Positions 13,804 through 25,757 of a stretch of 64,000 nt of DNA are shown in pieces. The notes beneath the pieces are model-generated. The model saw only the letters and a list, made by a program, of their open reading frames with translations, had not been told where the DNA came from and searched no databases. Origin of the DNA: Octopus sinensis (Eukaryota); assembly GCF_006345805.1 (NCBI RefSeq), contig NC_042998.1, positions 85,312,001-85,376,000 on the forward strand. Direction: 5' to 3'. The stretch's first letter is position 1. Each line of letters starts with the position of its first letter. Made by a program: the position numbers and the translations under genes.

Positions 13804-15010
13804 TCAGCAGCATTTCTTCCAACTCTTTACATTCTGAGTTCACATTCTGCTAAGGCTGATATTGTCTTTCGTCCTTTTGGGGTCAATAAAATAAGTTCCA
13901 AATGAGCACTGGCCTCAATGTAATTGACAAACTCCCTCATGCCAAAATTTCAGGCCTTGTGTCTATAATAGAAAGCACTGCTACTATTCTTACTACTACT
14001 ACTACTCACATCAACCTCATTTTCCCATATTTTTTTTAATGCTGGCACAAGCTGGACAAGAATTCTTTATGTTGTATTATACAGCCGGAAGGGCTTCTTG
14101 ATGACAACCCTTCTTTATAAGTGAGGTACTTTATTCCACAAATCTTCAAACATAGAAGCATTAAGTTAGCAGACATGTACAAGCAACTCAAGGCTATAGA
14201 AGAAGCTACATGGCTAAGGCACCATGCAGTGGGATCAAACCTAAAATAATGTGAGTATGAATCAAATTTCAAAACCACACAGCTGCTACATCTGTATCAA
14301 GTGTATGTGTGTGGGCAGTAGGTTGGCAGAATCATTTTAGAGAACTACATAATATACCTTACAGTATTTGTTCCAGCTCCTTACATTCTAAGTTTATATC
14401 TAACTCTCTCCCCTCAAAATTGTTACAGGGAGGAATTTACACACATATTACAGTATCAATTAGATTATCAGATGTTGTTATATACTGATGGTCACAATGC
14501 TACAATGTGAAGACGCGCATTGTTGTAGCTTTTGAATGATGCTACCCTGCTGGCTAGGAGGGTGGGTCAACATTCTGGCTGAACAGAACACCACTGTCAC
14601 ACACACACACACACACCTTCTGACATACATAATTAATGTGGTGGAGTGGCAGAAACAGTAGACAGCTGAACCAATAATATTTAGTCATGATTCTTTAAGT
14701 ACTGAGTTCAAACCCTGCGATGGTTGACTTTGCCTTTCATCTTGTAATATTTATAGTCATTATATATACATCATTTGATAAAGAATGGTTGGAGAGGGGT
14801 GAGGGAAGGAAAAATACAAACAAACCAATGAGACTAAATCTTTAAAGAGATTAAAGGTGATATTGATCATGGAGCCAGACAAAGTATAAAACAACAACAA
14901 CAACAATATTGTCTAATTCTAAATAAATCACGAGGTTATTATTGAAATCAAGTGTGAACTACCATCTATTAAAAACACAATTAACTGTAAATTATCAAAC
15001 ACAAACTCAC

Positions 15011-15279
15011 ACAAAACAACCACATAAAAAACCCACAAAAGAAGATAAACACAAACACATCATCATCAAAAAGACATTTAAAAAAAAAATTGTGAAAAGG
15101 GACTAAAAAATTTGTCCAAAGAATGATGAAAGTAACAACTACTCTAGTTGGAAACACTGGCCATTTCTCAAGTAGCTTCCACATCAATTTAATTAGAGAG
15201 AGAGCGTGCACACTAGATAGCTAAGATGTTGAGCAAACGAAGGCTAATCATAGACATTTTAATTTGTGTTTTGTGAGTT
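15011..15279 (-). CDS. Candidate stop-containing exon; phase-1 reading (E)LTKHKLKCL*
   Basis: Acceptor ttcttttttcttatag; possible donor TGT|gtgagt; non-repetitive sequence. Confidence 0.3.
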
Positions 15280-16214
15280 CTATAAGAAAAAAGAACAATC
15301 TTCTATTTGTGGAAACCTGTTTAGGTGTATGAGGAGTCAAAAGGTTATCAGGAAGCTAGATTAATTAATCACAGATACCCAGAAATCTGGTACTCACCTA
15401 TGGTTTCTGTGGTGTAAAACAAGTCAAAGATTATCTTGCATAGATGCAATCTATTCTGTGTGGTTAAGTGAACTGAGGCATTATAGAGTTGAGTGTCTTG
15501 CCCAAAACAGAGAGAAACATTCCACAGTGGATTTGAACTCAATGCTCTGCTCATTCAGACAGTTCTTCATTCTAATAGGTTAGCAAACAGGTTGGCATTA
15601 ATAAATTTCATGAATAAAAATATTATTTTTTACACAAGCATTATCCCATGCTTGTATGAGATAGATAAAAATTCAATGAGGCAGATTTTCTATGTCCAAA
15701 TGTTCTTCCTGTTGCCAACACTAACCTGTTTCCAAGCAAAGTAATATTTTCTCTGGTCCTTCAAAAATGAACAGTACAATGCCTGAATGTGAATTCATGA
15801 ATGATTGCAGATGAATGACACTGCTTGTATGATGTGACAATCATTTAGAATTAGTGTGCAATGTCAAGAACACACACAAACATCCAATGGTTTTTTTTTT
15901 AGTTTCCATCTATCAAATCCACTTACAAGATTTTTGTTGGCCCAAGGTGCTATAAAGCATGACTACCTCAAAACCACATATCTGTGAAGCAAATTTCTTA
16001 ATCACAAGCCATGCCTGCTAAATAATGCATTTACAATAACCATTTCATGAGTTCACTTTTCCAAATAAGGTCCCCCTAAACTGTTTTTCCTCTCAGAGAC
16101 AGTACATAAAAGATTACCTATAATAACATACTATTACACTATGTATTGTTGGGAAACCACTGGAACTTTTATCTTCATGATTGATTCAAGAACAATTGTT
16201 TTTATTGTTTAGAT

Positions 16215-16491
16215 CTGTGGCCCTCAAAAGTATTTTGATATAGAACCCTTATATGATTTACTAAAAATTGTAGAAAACATGCCTATATTTTACGAACAAA
16301 CTTTGCAATCCTAATTCTAAAAAAGACTTTAAATGAATCAAAAGTTATCTGAGAGTTACATACAATACCTTATTTGGAATATAAGTACCATGCTGTTTTT
16401 ATAAAATATATTTTTTATCAAAGTTTATTAGAAGATAACTTATTTTTCCGAACCTCAAAATATTTTACAGAACCCACTTTGCAAAACTCTG
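16215..16491. mobile_element. Degenerate hAT/Charlie-type MITE
   Basis: Decayed TIRs CTGTGGCCCTCAAA / TTTGCAAAACTCTG; 8-bp flanks GTTTAGAT / ATTTAGAC. Confidence 0.55.
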
Positions 16492-17019
16492 ATTTAGACC
16501 CAAATCAACTCCAAGTGACCTGTGATGAGAATCATTCCAGCCATGACCATCCTATCGTTTTGGGGGTATGTCTTGGATTACATTATCCAATGTATCCTTT
16601 CCTTTCTCATGGCAGCAAAGTGTGATGAGGGAGCTTTAACTGTTATTTCTAGCAGATCAAACAACCACATAGAGGTCATAGTGGCTTCCCTTGTACTTTC
16701 TCTAAACCCATGAAAGAATTTAACACTATAAATTCTGAGAATTTATACAGAGCTCTTCTTACTACTTGGTATTTATTGAACTGTACATTGTTACTATTCA
16801 AGTCATTAAGCATAACCAGAGACAGAGTGCAGTACTTAAAGACGAGACATGAAACATTACTCCTTAAATTGACAAACTGGCTCCACACTATTAAATTGGC
16901 CAGATGTAACTCGTAACTATTCCTTTATACATCCAGCCATTCAAGAAGTTTTCATAGACTTTATGGCTAACATTCTGCACTCATCTTATTTCTTGTTTTT
17001 ACATGTTACATTCATTTAA

Positions 17020-17759
17020 ATTTTTATTTTGGTCACTTAATTTTGTACAATAAAATTTTTCTTTTTAATTCTAAATTTGAATACCCAAAGAACATCATTT
17101 TAAAAATCATGGATTATATAACATTTTTTTTAGAAAATTAATAATCATCTATTTTTTCTTCTAATAAAGATTATGATAATTTAACAAATAAAAAAAGAAA
17201 AATGATGAAAATCTAAAAATAATCTATTTCTAAATGCTGGTGTTGCTTGAATCATTTTTTTTGCACTTTTTTTTTTTAGAATTACAACAAAAAAAAAAAA
17301 ATTGCATTTCATTATACATTCTATATTCTTAAAATTAGAATTAAAGAATTTTCATAATATTTATGAAAATTAATCAAGCTATCTTGAAAATTCTCCATTA
17401 ATTGCATCAACTAATGTTGTCACTTATAATAATGTTAAATTCTCCTCAAATTGTTGCTGCAGTCTTCGTCAAGTCAGCATCTTCATTTATCGAAGATTAA
17501 ATTATTTGAATTTCTGATAATTTTGAGAGAAGAGTGTATAACCTTTTGATTTTTTTTCTTCATTATTTTTTTTAAGGTCCTACAAGTTTCTTCATAAATT
17601 TTTATAATACTAGTTAGCAGCCCATGTTTTTGTCAATACCATTCTACCAAGAATCTGAAGAGTTCAATCCTCCACAATACAAACTTCTTCAATACACATG
17701 CTGATTTTTGTTTATTAATTTTTTGACAACTTTGAAAAGATACTTGAAAATGTTTCAAG
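17020..17759 (-). other. Candidate terminal exon (phase 1: G|CT TGA = Ala-stop) with 3'UTR-like sequence
   Basis: Acceptor ttttgtttttgcattttaattag; about 750 bp of repeat-free AT-rich DNA; minus-strand AATAAA near 17711 and 17022. Confidence 0.3.
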
Positions 17760-18276
17760 CTAATTAAAATGCAAAAACAAAAACTACAAAAATTAATTAT
17801 ATATTTACCCCTATTCTAGATCAGAGTCTTATTTAATATCATGTTGTATTCAAAGTACTAGCTTGAATTCTAAGAACCTTTATTTCCAAACTGAGTAGTA
17901 TATTCTTGTCCACAAAACTACGAATACATTGATGGCTTTGTGAGTAGTATGCACACAATAGTCTTGAAGACAATTGAGGGTCACATGAATAATAATGTAG
18001 TTGTTAACAGCATCACCACTTTAGATCTACTTACTATGCTGATATGGATCGGATAGGTTATCAAAGTCATATTAAGTTCTTATTCAGAATTACTGCCCTC
18101 TTAGTTGAATCAGAAGATAAATAGTTTGTAGATTTCATTTTTGACATAGTTTCTATGGCTTGATGCTCTTTCTAACACCAAATACATTTAGAGAGTGTAG
18201 TAGGTGTATTTTATCATGGCACCAGCAATGGAGACGCTGTCATGTCCTCAATGCAACTCAAGAGTTCAACCATACA

Positions 18277-18329
18277 TTTATCTTTATCTAGTCACAGCTC
18301 ACGAGCTGCAGCCATGCTGGGGCACCGCC
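18277..18329 (-). mobile_element. SINE/LINE-type 3' tail fused downstream of the 5S copy
   Basis: GGCGGTGCCCCAGCATGGCTGCAGCTCGTGAGCTG..GATAAAGATAAA, homologous to the family A tail at 2172-2220. Confidence 0.85.
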
Positions 18330-18340
18330 ATTTAAAAGAG

Positions 18341-18459
18341 TGCTTACAGCACCTAGGTTTCCCAAGCGGTCACCTATCTAAGTACTAACTAGGCTCGATG
18401 TTGCTTAATTTCAGTGATCGGATGAGAACCGGTGCTTTCAACGTGATATGGCCGTAAGC
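18341..18459 (-). pseudogene. 5S rRNA: Full-length 5S rRNA copy (119 nt), probably a retroposed pseudogene or SINE3 head
   Basis: Minus strand GCTTACGGCCATATCACGTTGAAAGCACCGGTTCTCATCCGATC..GTTAGTACTTAGATAGGTGACCGCTTGGGAAACCTAGGTGCTGTAAGCA; helix I pairs; box C carries G>A changes. Confidence 0.93.
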
Positions 18460-19299
18460 CAGAAACATTGTTTCTGTTCAAACACCACCCATTTTACAGA
18501 GTGAACTGGGTACATTTGATTAGGACACCAACACCAGAGAGATTGCCTTGTCTCTGGAAAGACTACGTAGTCCTCTCTACATAGCCACCATTCTTTTCAA
18601 GTCAAACATAACTAAGACTAGTGGGGGGAGGGGTTACTAAGAGTGCAAAAAGAAGGGAGGATATGAACATGAATGTGATGAGAGAAACAGTAAAGAGACT
18701 GTAGAGGTCATAACAAAAGAAGACAGACAGTGTAGATATAAAATTTTTTAAATGTTGTTAGTAAAGATGAAGTTAATAACCAATCAAAATTACAATCCTA
18801 TTAGCAAAGAGCTCATCTCAGGCGTTTTTAGATATTTAAGATAATGTAGCTTCACAAAAGCATTTCTTATATCGCTCTAATCAGCTATTTCCTTAAGTCA
18901 AGCAAACAACAATGACAAAATTACAACTTGTACAACCAATTTTTAATTTACAATATATCTAAATACCACAATGAAAGCCAAAAATCCAGACCAGTAATAA
19001 TTAATGATGAGTAACCAAAAAGCCATTGCACTGTTGAATACTTAATCTTCATACTGTATATATAGGATGTGTCAGCTTAGCAAGGACCATCACGGCACCA
19101 TTGTTTTCTAAATACTACTCCGCCAGAGTTGAACTCTGTATTGTCAGCTAATAGAAAACTCATCAATTTACAATACTGCTGCAGTCTGATATGAGATTTG
19201 TTCCAAACCTATGGCATTTATTTATAGCTATGTGGAACTGGCCAGTATGAAGGTTTCTATGTATGTATGTTTACATGTGTATGATGTATGTGTGCGTGA

Positions 19300-19480
19300 G
19301 TGGATATATGTATTTTATCCTGTTCTCATTTTCTCGTTTTTCTATCCTTTTCTCTCTATCTTTCTGAAGAAGAGCTTAAGCTCAAAACATCAAAGGCATT
19401 TCTATTTCTCGAACATCAACCTCAATAACTACACTGTATATGCTTTGTTTTTAATCTCTCTTTGTTGTATATTTTGAACC
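19300..19480 (+). mobile_element. Penelope-like element terminal relic with hammerhead-like motif
   Basis: CTGAAGA-A-GAGC-TTAA-GCTC-AAAACATCA at 19364-19392. Confidence 0.55.
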
Positions 19481-19656
19481 TATAGACACACAAATTATGA
19501 TATATAAATTTATAAGTAAGTGGATATCTAAGACAAAACACAAATGAAAAACATTGATGGAGTAATAATCATGAATTGCTTTCCTATTTTTGATTATTTT
19601 TCTATTTAGTCTTTTTTTACTACCTTAAAACCATTCTTATAAAAGATATTACTTAC

Positions 19657-19719
19657 CATAAGTTTTATGTTCTTCTTTTGGGTCTTTATCTTCTGAAATG
19701 TGATGCAGTGTAGGACTTT
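19657..19719 (-). CDS. 63-nt symmetric phase-1 exon, (E)SPTLHHISEDKDPKEEHKTY(G)
   Basis: Acceptor ttggtttttccag, donor ATG|gtaagt, open in phase 1, homologous to the exons at 31.0 and 50.4 kb. Confidence 0.75.
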
Positions 19720-19791
19720 CTGGAAAAACCAATTTTAAATTCCAAATTCAAACAGAACTAAAAGCTATAAATATTATAAAAAGATCATTAC

Positions 19792-20015
19792 TTAACCTAT
19801 TAACATTCACATTACTCTGTTCAATATAATACTTATTTATCCACATTGTTTGTAACTAATCATGCATTATCTTGTAGCTTTGAGACATTGATGATGCGAC
19901 TATTTTCAGAATGACATTCTAGGGTTGGAGTAAGAGGCTAGACCTGGCTGGTTTGAACATAAAACAGGTAGAATACTTGGGCTGTATATGGCCAGCTTAA
20001 ATGCTAAAGGGTTAG
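19792..20015. mobile_element. TTAA-flanked piggyBac-like MITE
   Basis: TTAACCTATTAACATT..AATGCTAAAGGGTTAG; inverted relative of 32908-33135. Confidence 0.7.
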
Positions 20016-21499
20016 ATCACAAATAAAAACCAAGCCAGCACAACTAAGCACGTTTTTAAGTTCAAAACTTTTAAAGTCTTCACATTCTTTGTCTGAATTT
20101 TGCTAGTTGAATGGGAAAAATGGAGTATTATTGTTAGTTAGATATTTCCATATGATAAGGTCTCCTTGCGCTGAGTTAACTAAGAAACAGCACAACCACC
20201 AACATCAATAAAAAATATTGTATCAAAGTAATTGTTAATTCACTTCAAACCAAACTTTTGAAGTGTATTTATTTTATTTCAGTTCTAATATACCGACTGA
20301 TCAATGTCAAATAAATTATTAAACTGGAAACTGCTAGAAGATGAATGAATAAATCAATAATTAAATAAATAAATAAAGGAACTTTGTTTACATTTAGAAT
20401 GCATTTTCTTTTTCTATCTAAGGGAGTTTAACCCTCAGAAATATGAGTTATTATTTATGGCTGAATTGGCATTCAAGATAATATCACTTATAAAAGACTT
20501 ATTTACATATTTCTCAATGCTTCTATATTTACATTCTAAATGTAAGCAAGCAAACAAACTTGCTTTCTCACTTGAAATATTAAAGTATGTAATTTGGATG
20601 TTTGAAAGTTGGAAGACTACATTAGTAAAATGGTATCATGACTCTCTGGGGGTACAGTTGAGACATGGTTTGTGTCCTGCAGTTGGCTTTCTGATTTGTT
20701 TCCATCTTGGGGTGGTTTTTGACCCTCTGTCTGCTTAATTATATAGTCTGATTTGTGTCCATAAAACATCATTTATAGAAGACATATTCACATGAAAGAA
20801 CCATTACAAAATATCTTGTTTAAAGAGAACACAATTATAACCCTGTACTCATTCATGCTTGTAAGTTTCATTCAAGTGAGGTCCAATAGTCACAACAGTC
20901 ATTTTGTCTAAAGGAAAAAAAAATCACTTGACAATTCTAGTCTAATCTCCCCCTTTATTTATATTCCCCATGTTCCACTTGATATTCACAATAAAATTAA
21001 TTTTCAATACTTGTGCATATATTGTAGATAATACAAGTGCTTATAACACTGTCAAGAGTTGCCAATGTCTTCTTAACTGATGTACCTTGACAGGAACTGT
21101 TTCAGCTACAATTTCTATGATAATCAATGAAAGGAAACTCACTATTTTCAGTGATATTTTAACTTTCATCATCATCACCATGAACACCTAGCCATTTATG
21201 TCTTGAGTAAAAGGACTCCTAAGGTCAGTTATATGGTTCCCTTGGTGCATAAGTGACTGAGATTACAATATCCCCCCTGAATGGGATGCCAGTCAGGTGC
21301 AGGGTTACTCAATTGCAGCTGAGTAAACTGAAGCAACTTGAAGTGTCTTGCTCAAGAATACAACACACCATCCAGTCCAGGAACTGAAACCATGACCTTA
21401 CAATCATGGGTGCCAACACACTAACTACTAGGCCATGTGCTTTCAAACATAATCTTATTTGGAGAAAAAGAAATTATTTTAACCAAATAGAAGGCTTGA

Positions 21500-21710
21500 T
21501 TTCTAACTGGGCCCCACCTGCAAGGTCGTGCGCTGTTTATCTTGATATGAGATCACCATGTCACGCACATATGGTTGTGATGCATGTGCCTAGTGTACCC
21601 TTATCAGACGGGTAGTCATGATGGGTATACTGGGCTTTGTATATTTTACCCCAGCGTCACTTTGATGGCAAGCACTGCTCTCTCACTCAATGATAATAAT
21701 AATAATAATA
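21500..21710 (+). mobile_element. 3' fragment of a non-LTR retroelement with a (TAA)n tail
   Basis: Matches the reverse complement of 8342-8495. Confidence 0.65.
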
Positions 21711-22491
21711 AAACTGAATTGTAGACCAAGTATATGGTACATGTGGTTAATTGGCAAAAATATGACCATTCCAAATATAATGGTATAAAGATAGTCTCCA
21801 TTTATTTTATTTTTATTTTTTACAGTGCACAGACATGATAAATTTTGCATAGACAACCCTCTTCTGGGTGGTTAAAACCCTATTATAACTGTATTACTGG
21901 TATCCTTTAGGATACCAGTAAATTTTCAAGATTTGTTTTAGGCAGAAAAACAACAACCATACTCAATGCTTGGTAATATGGTACTTTGTTTCACAAATTT
22001 AATATCTTATGATAATAGACCTACCATATGCTAAAGAAAATTGTTATCAGCTATTGATGTGTAACATAAATGATTCAAATCTGCTTTTAAAATTTCTCCT
22101 GATAATCCTGTTATATCAGATCTAATTCCAGCTTTAGATAATCATTGTGGTTATTTCCCAAGTATTAATGAGTCTGATGCAGTTTTGTTTACCCATTCAA
22201 GCTATTTAACCATAGTGAGATTTTAGGTGTACAATACTGGACATTTTACCCAAACTGAGGGTATATAGTATTTACCAGTTACTGTTTATGTATTTCAAAC
22301 AGACCCCAGTAGTTATTTTTATAAGTCTGCTTCTTATTTTATCAGTCTCTTTTGATGAACTGCAAGTTTATGGTGGGGGGGGGAAGGTGACATAGGCAAA
22401 CCAACATTAATTGTCAAGCAATGGTGGTGGTAGGTGAGACAAACACAAATATACATCCCCTGCCTCTCTCTCTCTCATATATATATATATT

Positions 22492-22662
22492 GCCATGTTG
22501 GACCGTTGAACTTACCTCATTTTTTCCCTCTTAACCCTTTCTGTTGAAGAGCGAAGGCTCGAATTGTGAAAGACTTTTCCATTTTTTCCAAGCATTAAAC
22601 TAATACACCTGCCTGTTGTTCCTACACCTATTTTTCACCTTCGGTTTTCTGTAAATTTGAAC
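22492..22662 (+). mobile_element. Penelope-like terminal relic between (TA)n runs
   Basis: CTGTTGAAGAGCGAAGGCTCGAA; homologous to the reverse complement of 46731-46860. Confidence 0.65.
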
Positions 22663-22676
22663 TATATATATATATA

Positions 22677-22913
22677 ATTTAATAAATACAATATATGTTT
22701 TTATGTGCTACAATTAGTTTCATGTGATGAAAGCAGCTTAGACAGTATCTTTTAAACACATCTGGTACCTTAGTACAATATTCGGGCAATGGTCACATGG
22801 AGCATCTGAAGACTGTGCTAAGGTATCAGGCATGTTAAAAAATACTGTCTGAGATGCTTTCATCACATGAAACTAGTTGTAGCACATAGAAACATATATT
22901 GTGTTTATTAAAT
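22677..22913. repeat. Foldback element, about 105-bp arms
   Basis: TATGTGCTACAATTAGTTTCATGTGATGAAAGCA pairs with TGCTTTCATCACATGAAACTAGTTGTAGCACATA. Confidence 0.92.
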
Positions 22914-23364
22914 AATATTTATCTCTCACCAGATTGAGTACTTTGTTTTGCTGATTTTACCATCATGGCACAGTAGACTATACATATGTTTTATCTTTAA
23001 CTTGTTTTAATCATTAGACTGTGACCATACTGGGGCACCACCTTGAAGAATTTTAGTTGAATAAATTGCCCCTGGTTCTCTTTTTTTTTAAAAGCCTGGT
23101 ACTAATCCTATTAGTCTCTTTTGCAAAACCACTAAGTTACAGGGATGTAAAACACCAGCACCAGTTGTCAAGCGGTGTGGAAGGGACAAACATGGAGACA
23201 AATACACACAAATGTGTGTGTGTGTGTGTGTGAGGCTTTGAGCAGTTTCTGTCTACCAAATCCATTAGTAGAAGACACTTGCCCAAGGTACCGCTCTGGA
23301 ATTATGTGGTCGGGAAGCAAACTTCTTACTACACACCATCATCACCCTCTTATACACACTATCA

Positions 23365-23777
23365 TCATTTAACATTGATTTTCCATGGTGGCATGGGTTG
23401 GATGGTTTGATCAGAGCTGGCAAGCTGTGGAGCTAAACAAGGTTCCAATCTGATTTGGTTTAGTTTCTACTGCAAGATGCCCTTCCTAACACCAAACACT
23501 TGGCCGATGCCAGCACCGCCTTGACTGGCTTCTGTGCCGGTGGCACATAAAAAAACACCAACCGATCGTGGCCGATGCCAGACCGCTCTGGCACCTGTGC
23601 AGGTGGCACGTAAAAAGCACCCACTACACTCGCGGAGTGGTTGGCGTTAGGAAGGGCATCCAGCTGTAGAAACACTGCCAGATCAGACTGGAACCTGGGG
23701 CAGCCCCTGGCTCCCCAGACCCCGGTCGAACCGTCCAACCCGTGCTAGCGCGGAAAACGGACGTTAAACAATGATGA

Positions 23778-23780
<3 letters not shown>
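23365..23780. mobile_element. Two family C (RTE-tail) copies in opposite orientation
   Basis: Minus copy at about 23365-23495; well-preserved plus copy ending GGACGTTAAACAATGATGATG. Confidence 0.8.
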
Positions 23781-23813
<33 letters not shown>

Positions 23814-23863
23814 CGGGAAGGTTTATGAAAATAAACAAAAGACAAAGGCAGGTTTACGAAAAT

Positions 23864-24524
23864 ATAAACAAATTAGACACATCAAAAATACTAAATACAT
23901 CAAATACAAGGTATGCATATATACACCTATACATGCAAAATGAGAGAAAGAAAAAGGTGGAAACTTTCAGATGAATTTTTATGCATAAATATATAGATAT
24001 TTATATTAATAGGTTCAACTTACATAGAATGCAAACAGAGGAAATTAAAGGGGTGGAAGAAAGGTATTATAAATCCAACAACTGTTTTCGGGGGCTGGGT
24101 GATCCATAATAATGTTGGTAGATTTAATCGGTGATCCATAATAATGTTGGTAGATCACAATATGCGAGAAGTTCAAGGATGGAACTTTTCTGCACCAAGA
24201 TCTGATATTTCAGATCTTCTATACCCTGATAACAGAGGCTTGTCTCATCCAATGTTAACTGCATCCATACAGCTGCATATTGTGATGAACTAAATCTACC
24301 AACATTATTTACGGATCACCAAGCCCACAGAAACAGCAGTTGGACTTTCCTTCCACACCTTTAATTTTCTGTTATTTGTACTCTGTAAATTGGACATATT
24401 AATATAAATATCAATATATTTATTCACAAAAATTCATCGTCTGAAAATTTCTACCTGTTGCATGTATACATGTATATATATTTTGCATCTGATATATTTT
24501 ATTTCGTTTGTCTAATTTGTTTAT
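23864..24524. repeat. Long foldback, about 250-300-bp arms, with an internal 32-bp tandem duplication
   Basis: ATAAACAAATTAGACA / TGTCTAATTTGTTTAT outer ends; ATCACAATATGC / GCATATTGTGAT inner ends; GGTGATCCATAATAATGTTGGTAGAT twice. Confidence 0.88.
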
Positions 24525-24789
24525 CCACATAATTACACCTGTACCCGCTCAACTTGATCCCTCTTATAGCCTTTCTTTACCTTGAGGTCTACCAGTTCTA
24601 CTCACAAGACATTGCTTGCCCCAAGGTAATAGTAGAAGACACTTGCCCAAGTGTCAAGCAGTGGGAATAAAGCTAAAACCATATGGTTGTGAACCAAAAT
24701 TCTTAACCAAAAGCCTTAGTTTGAATCTCTTGTGCACTACTAAGTGTCTTCTACACAGAGAATCTCTGGATCTCATCTGTGAACTATCA

Positions 24790-25110
24790 TTATCATCATC
24801 ATTTAACATCTGTTGTCTATGCTGGCATGGTTTGGACAGTTTGGCTGAGGTCTGACAAACCGGTGGGCTGCACCAGGCTCCAACCTGATCTGGCAAGGTT
24901 TCTACAGCTGGATGCCCTTCCTAACACCAACCACTCCAAGAGTATAAGGAGTTCTTTTACATGCCACCGGCACAAGTGCTGTTTGCATGACACCAGTATC
25001 TTCCATGACTATGATTTTACTTGGCTTGACGGGTCTTCTCAAGCACAAAATAATGTCAAAGGTCTCAATCATTGTCTCCGTGAGGCCCAACACTCGAAGG
25101 GAGCTTTTCA
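24790..25110 (-). mobile_element. RTE-clade LINE 3' end
   Basis: Remnant peptide LRVLGLTETM; homologous to 28757-28970; (GAT)n tail. Confidence 0.7.
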
Positions 25111-25539
25111 CATGCTACCAGCTCCATTTATTGAATCTATACATGTACCATTGCAGTGACATAGATCTTCAGCTGCCATGTAATCTATTAAAATTATGTT
25201 AATTCTGTAGAGAACCAATATTTAATTTAATTCATTTATTGATTGTACTTTTGCTAAGAATATTTAACAAATATATGTTTTGGCATAGGCATGGCTTTTG
25301 GTGAAGAATTTTGGTTCACAACCACATGGTCTTAGCTTTAGTCACACTGCTTGGCACTTGGGCAAGTGTCTTCTACTATTACCTTGGGCCAACCAATGTC
25401 TTGTGAGCAGAACTGGTAGACAGAAATTGCATGGAAGCACATATGTGTGCATAAAAGTTGTCATTTCCATTTCTTGTGTACGATTCGCTGAGTAAAAACT
25501 AAAAGACAAAAACCGTCTTGTTGTATTTACATTCTTATT

Positions 25540-25757
25540 TCATTATTGCCCACAAGGGGCTAAACATAGAGGGGACAAACAAGGACAGACAAAGGGATTA
25601 AGTTGATTACATCGACCCCAGTGCATAATTTATTAACCCTGAAAAGATGAAAGGCAAAGTTGACCTTGACGGAATTTGAACTTAGAACGTAACAGCAGAC
25701 GAAATACTACTAAGCATTTCACCTGGCATGCTGATGTTTCTGCCAACTCGCCGACTT
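25540..25757 (-). mobile_element. Family B SINE
   Basis: Reverse complement of the family B head and core. Confidence 0.8.

Noticed and set aside
18341-18459. Functional 5S rRNA gene
   Set aside because: Solitary copy, box C mutated (TAGATAGG instead of TGGATGGG), and attached to a retroposon tail
20849-20907. Candidate exon (D)KMTVVTIGPHLNETYKHE*
   Set aside because: Only an acceptor-like tract; no good donor or other support
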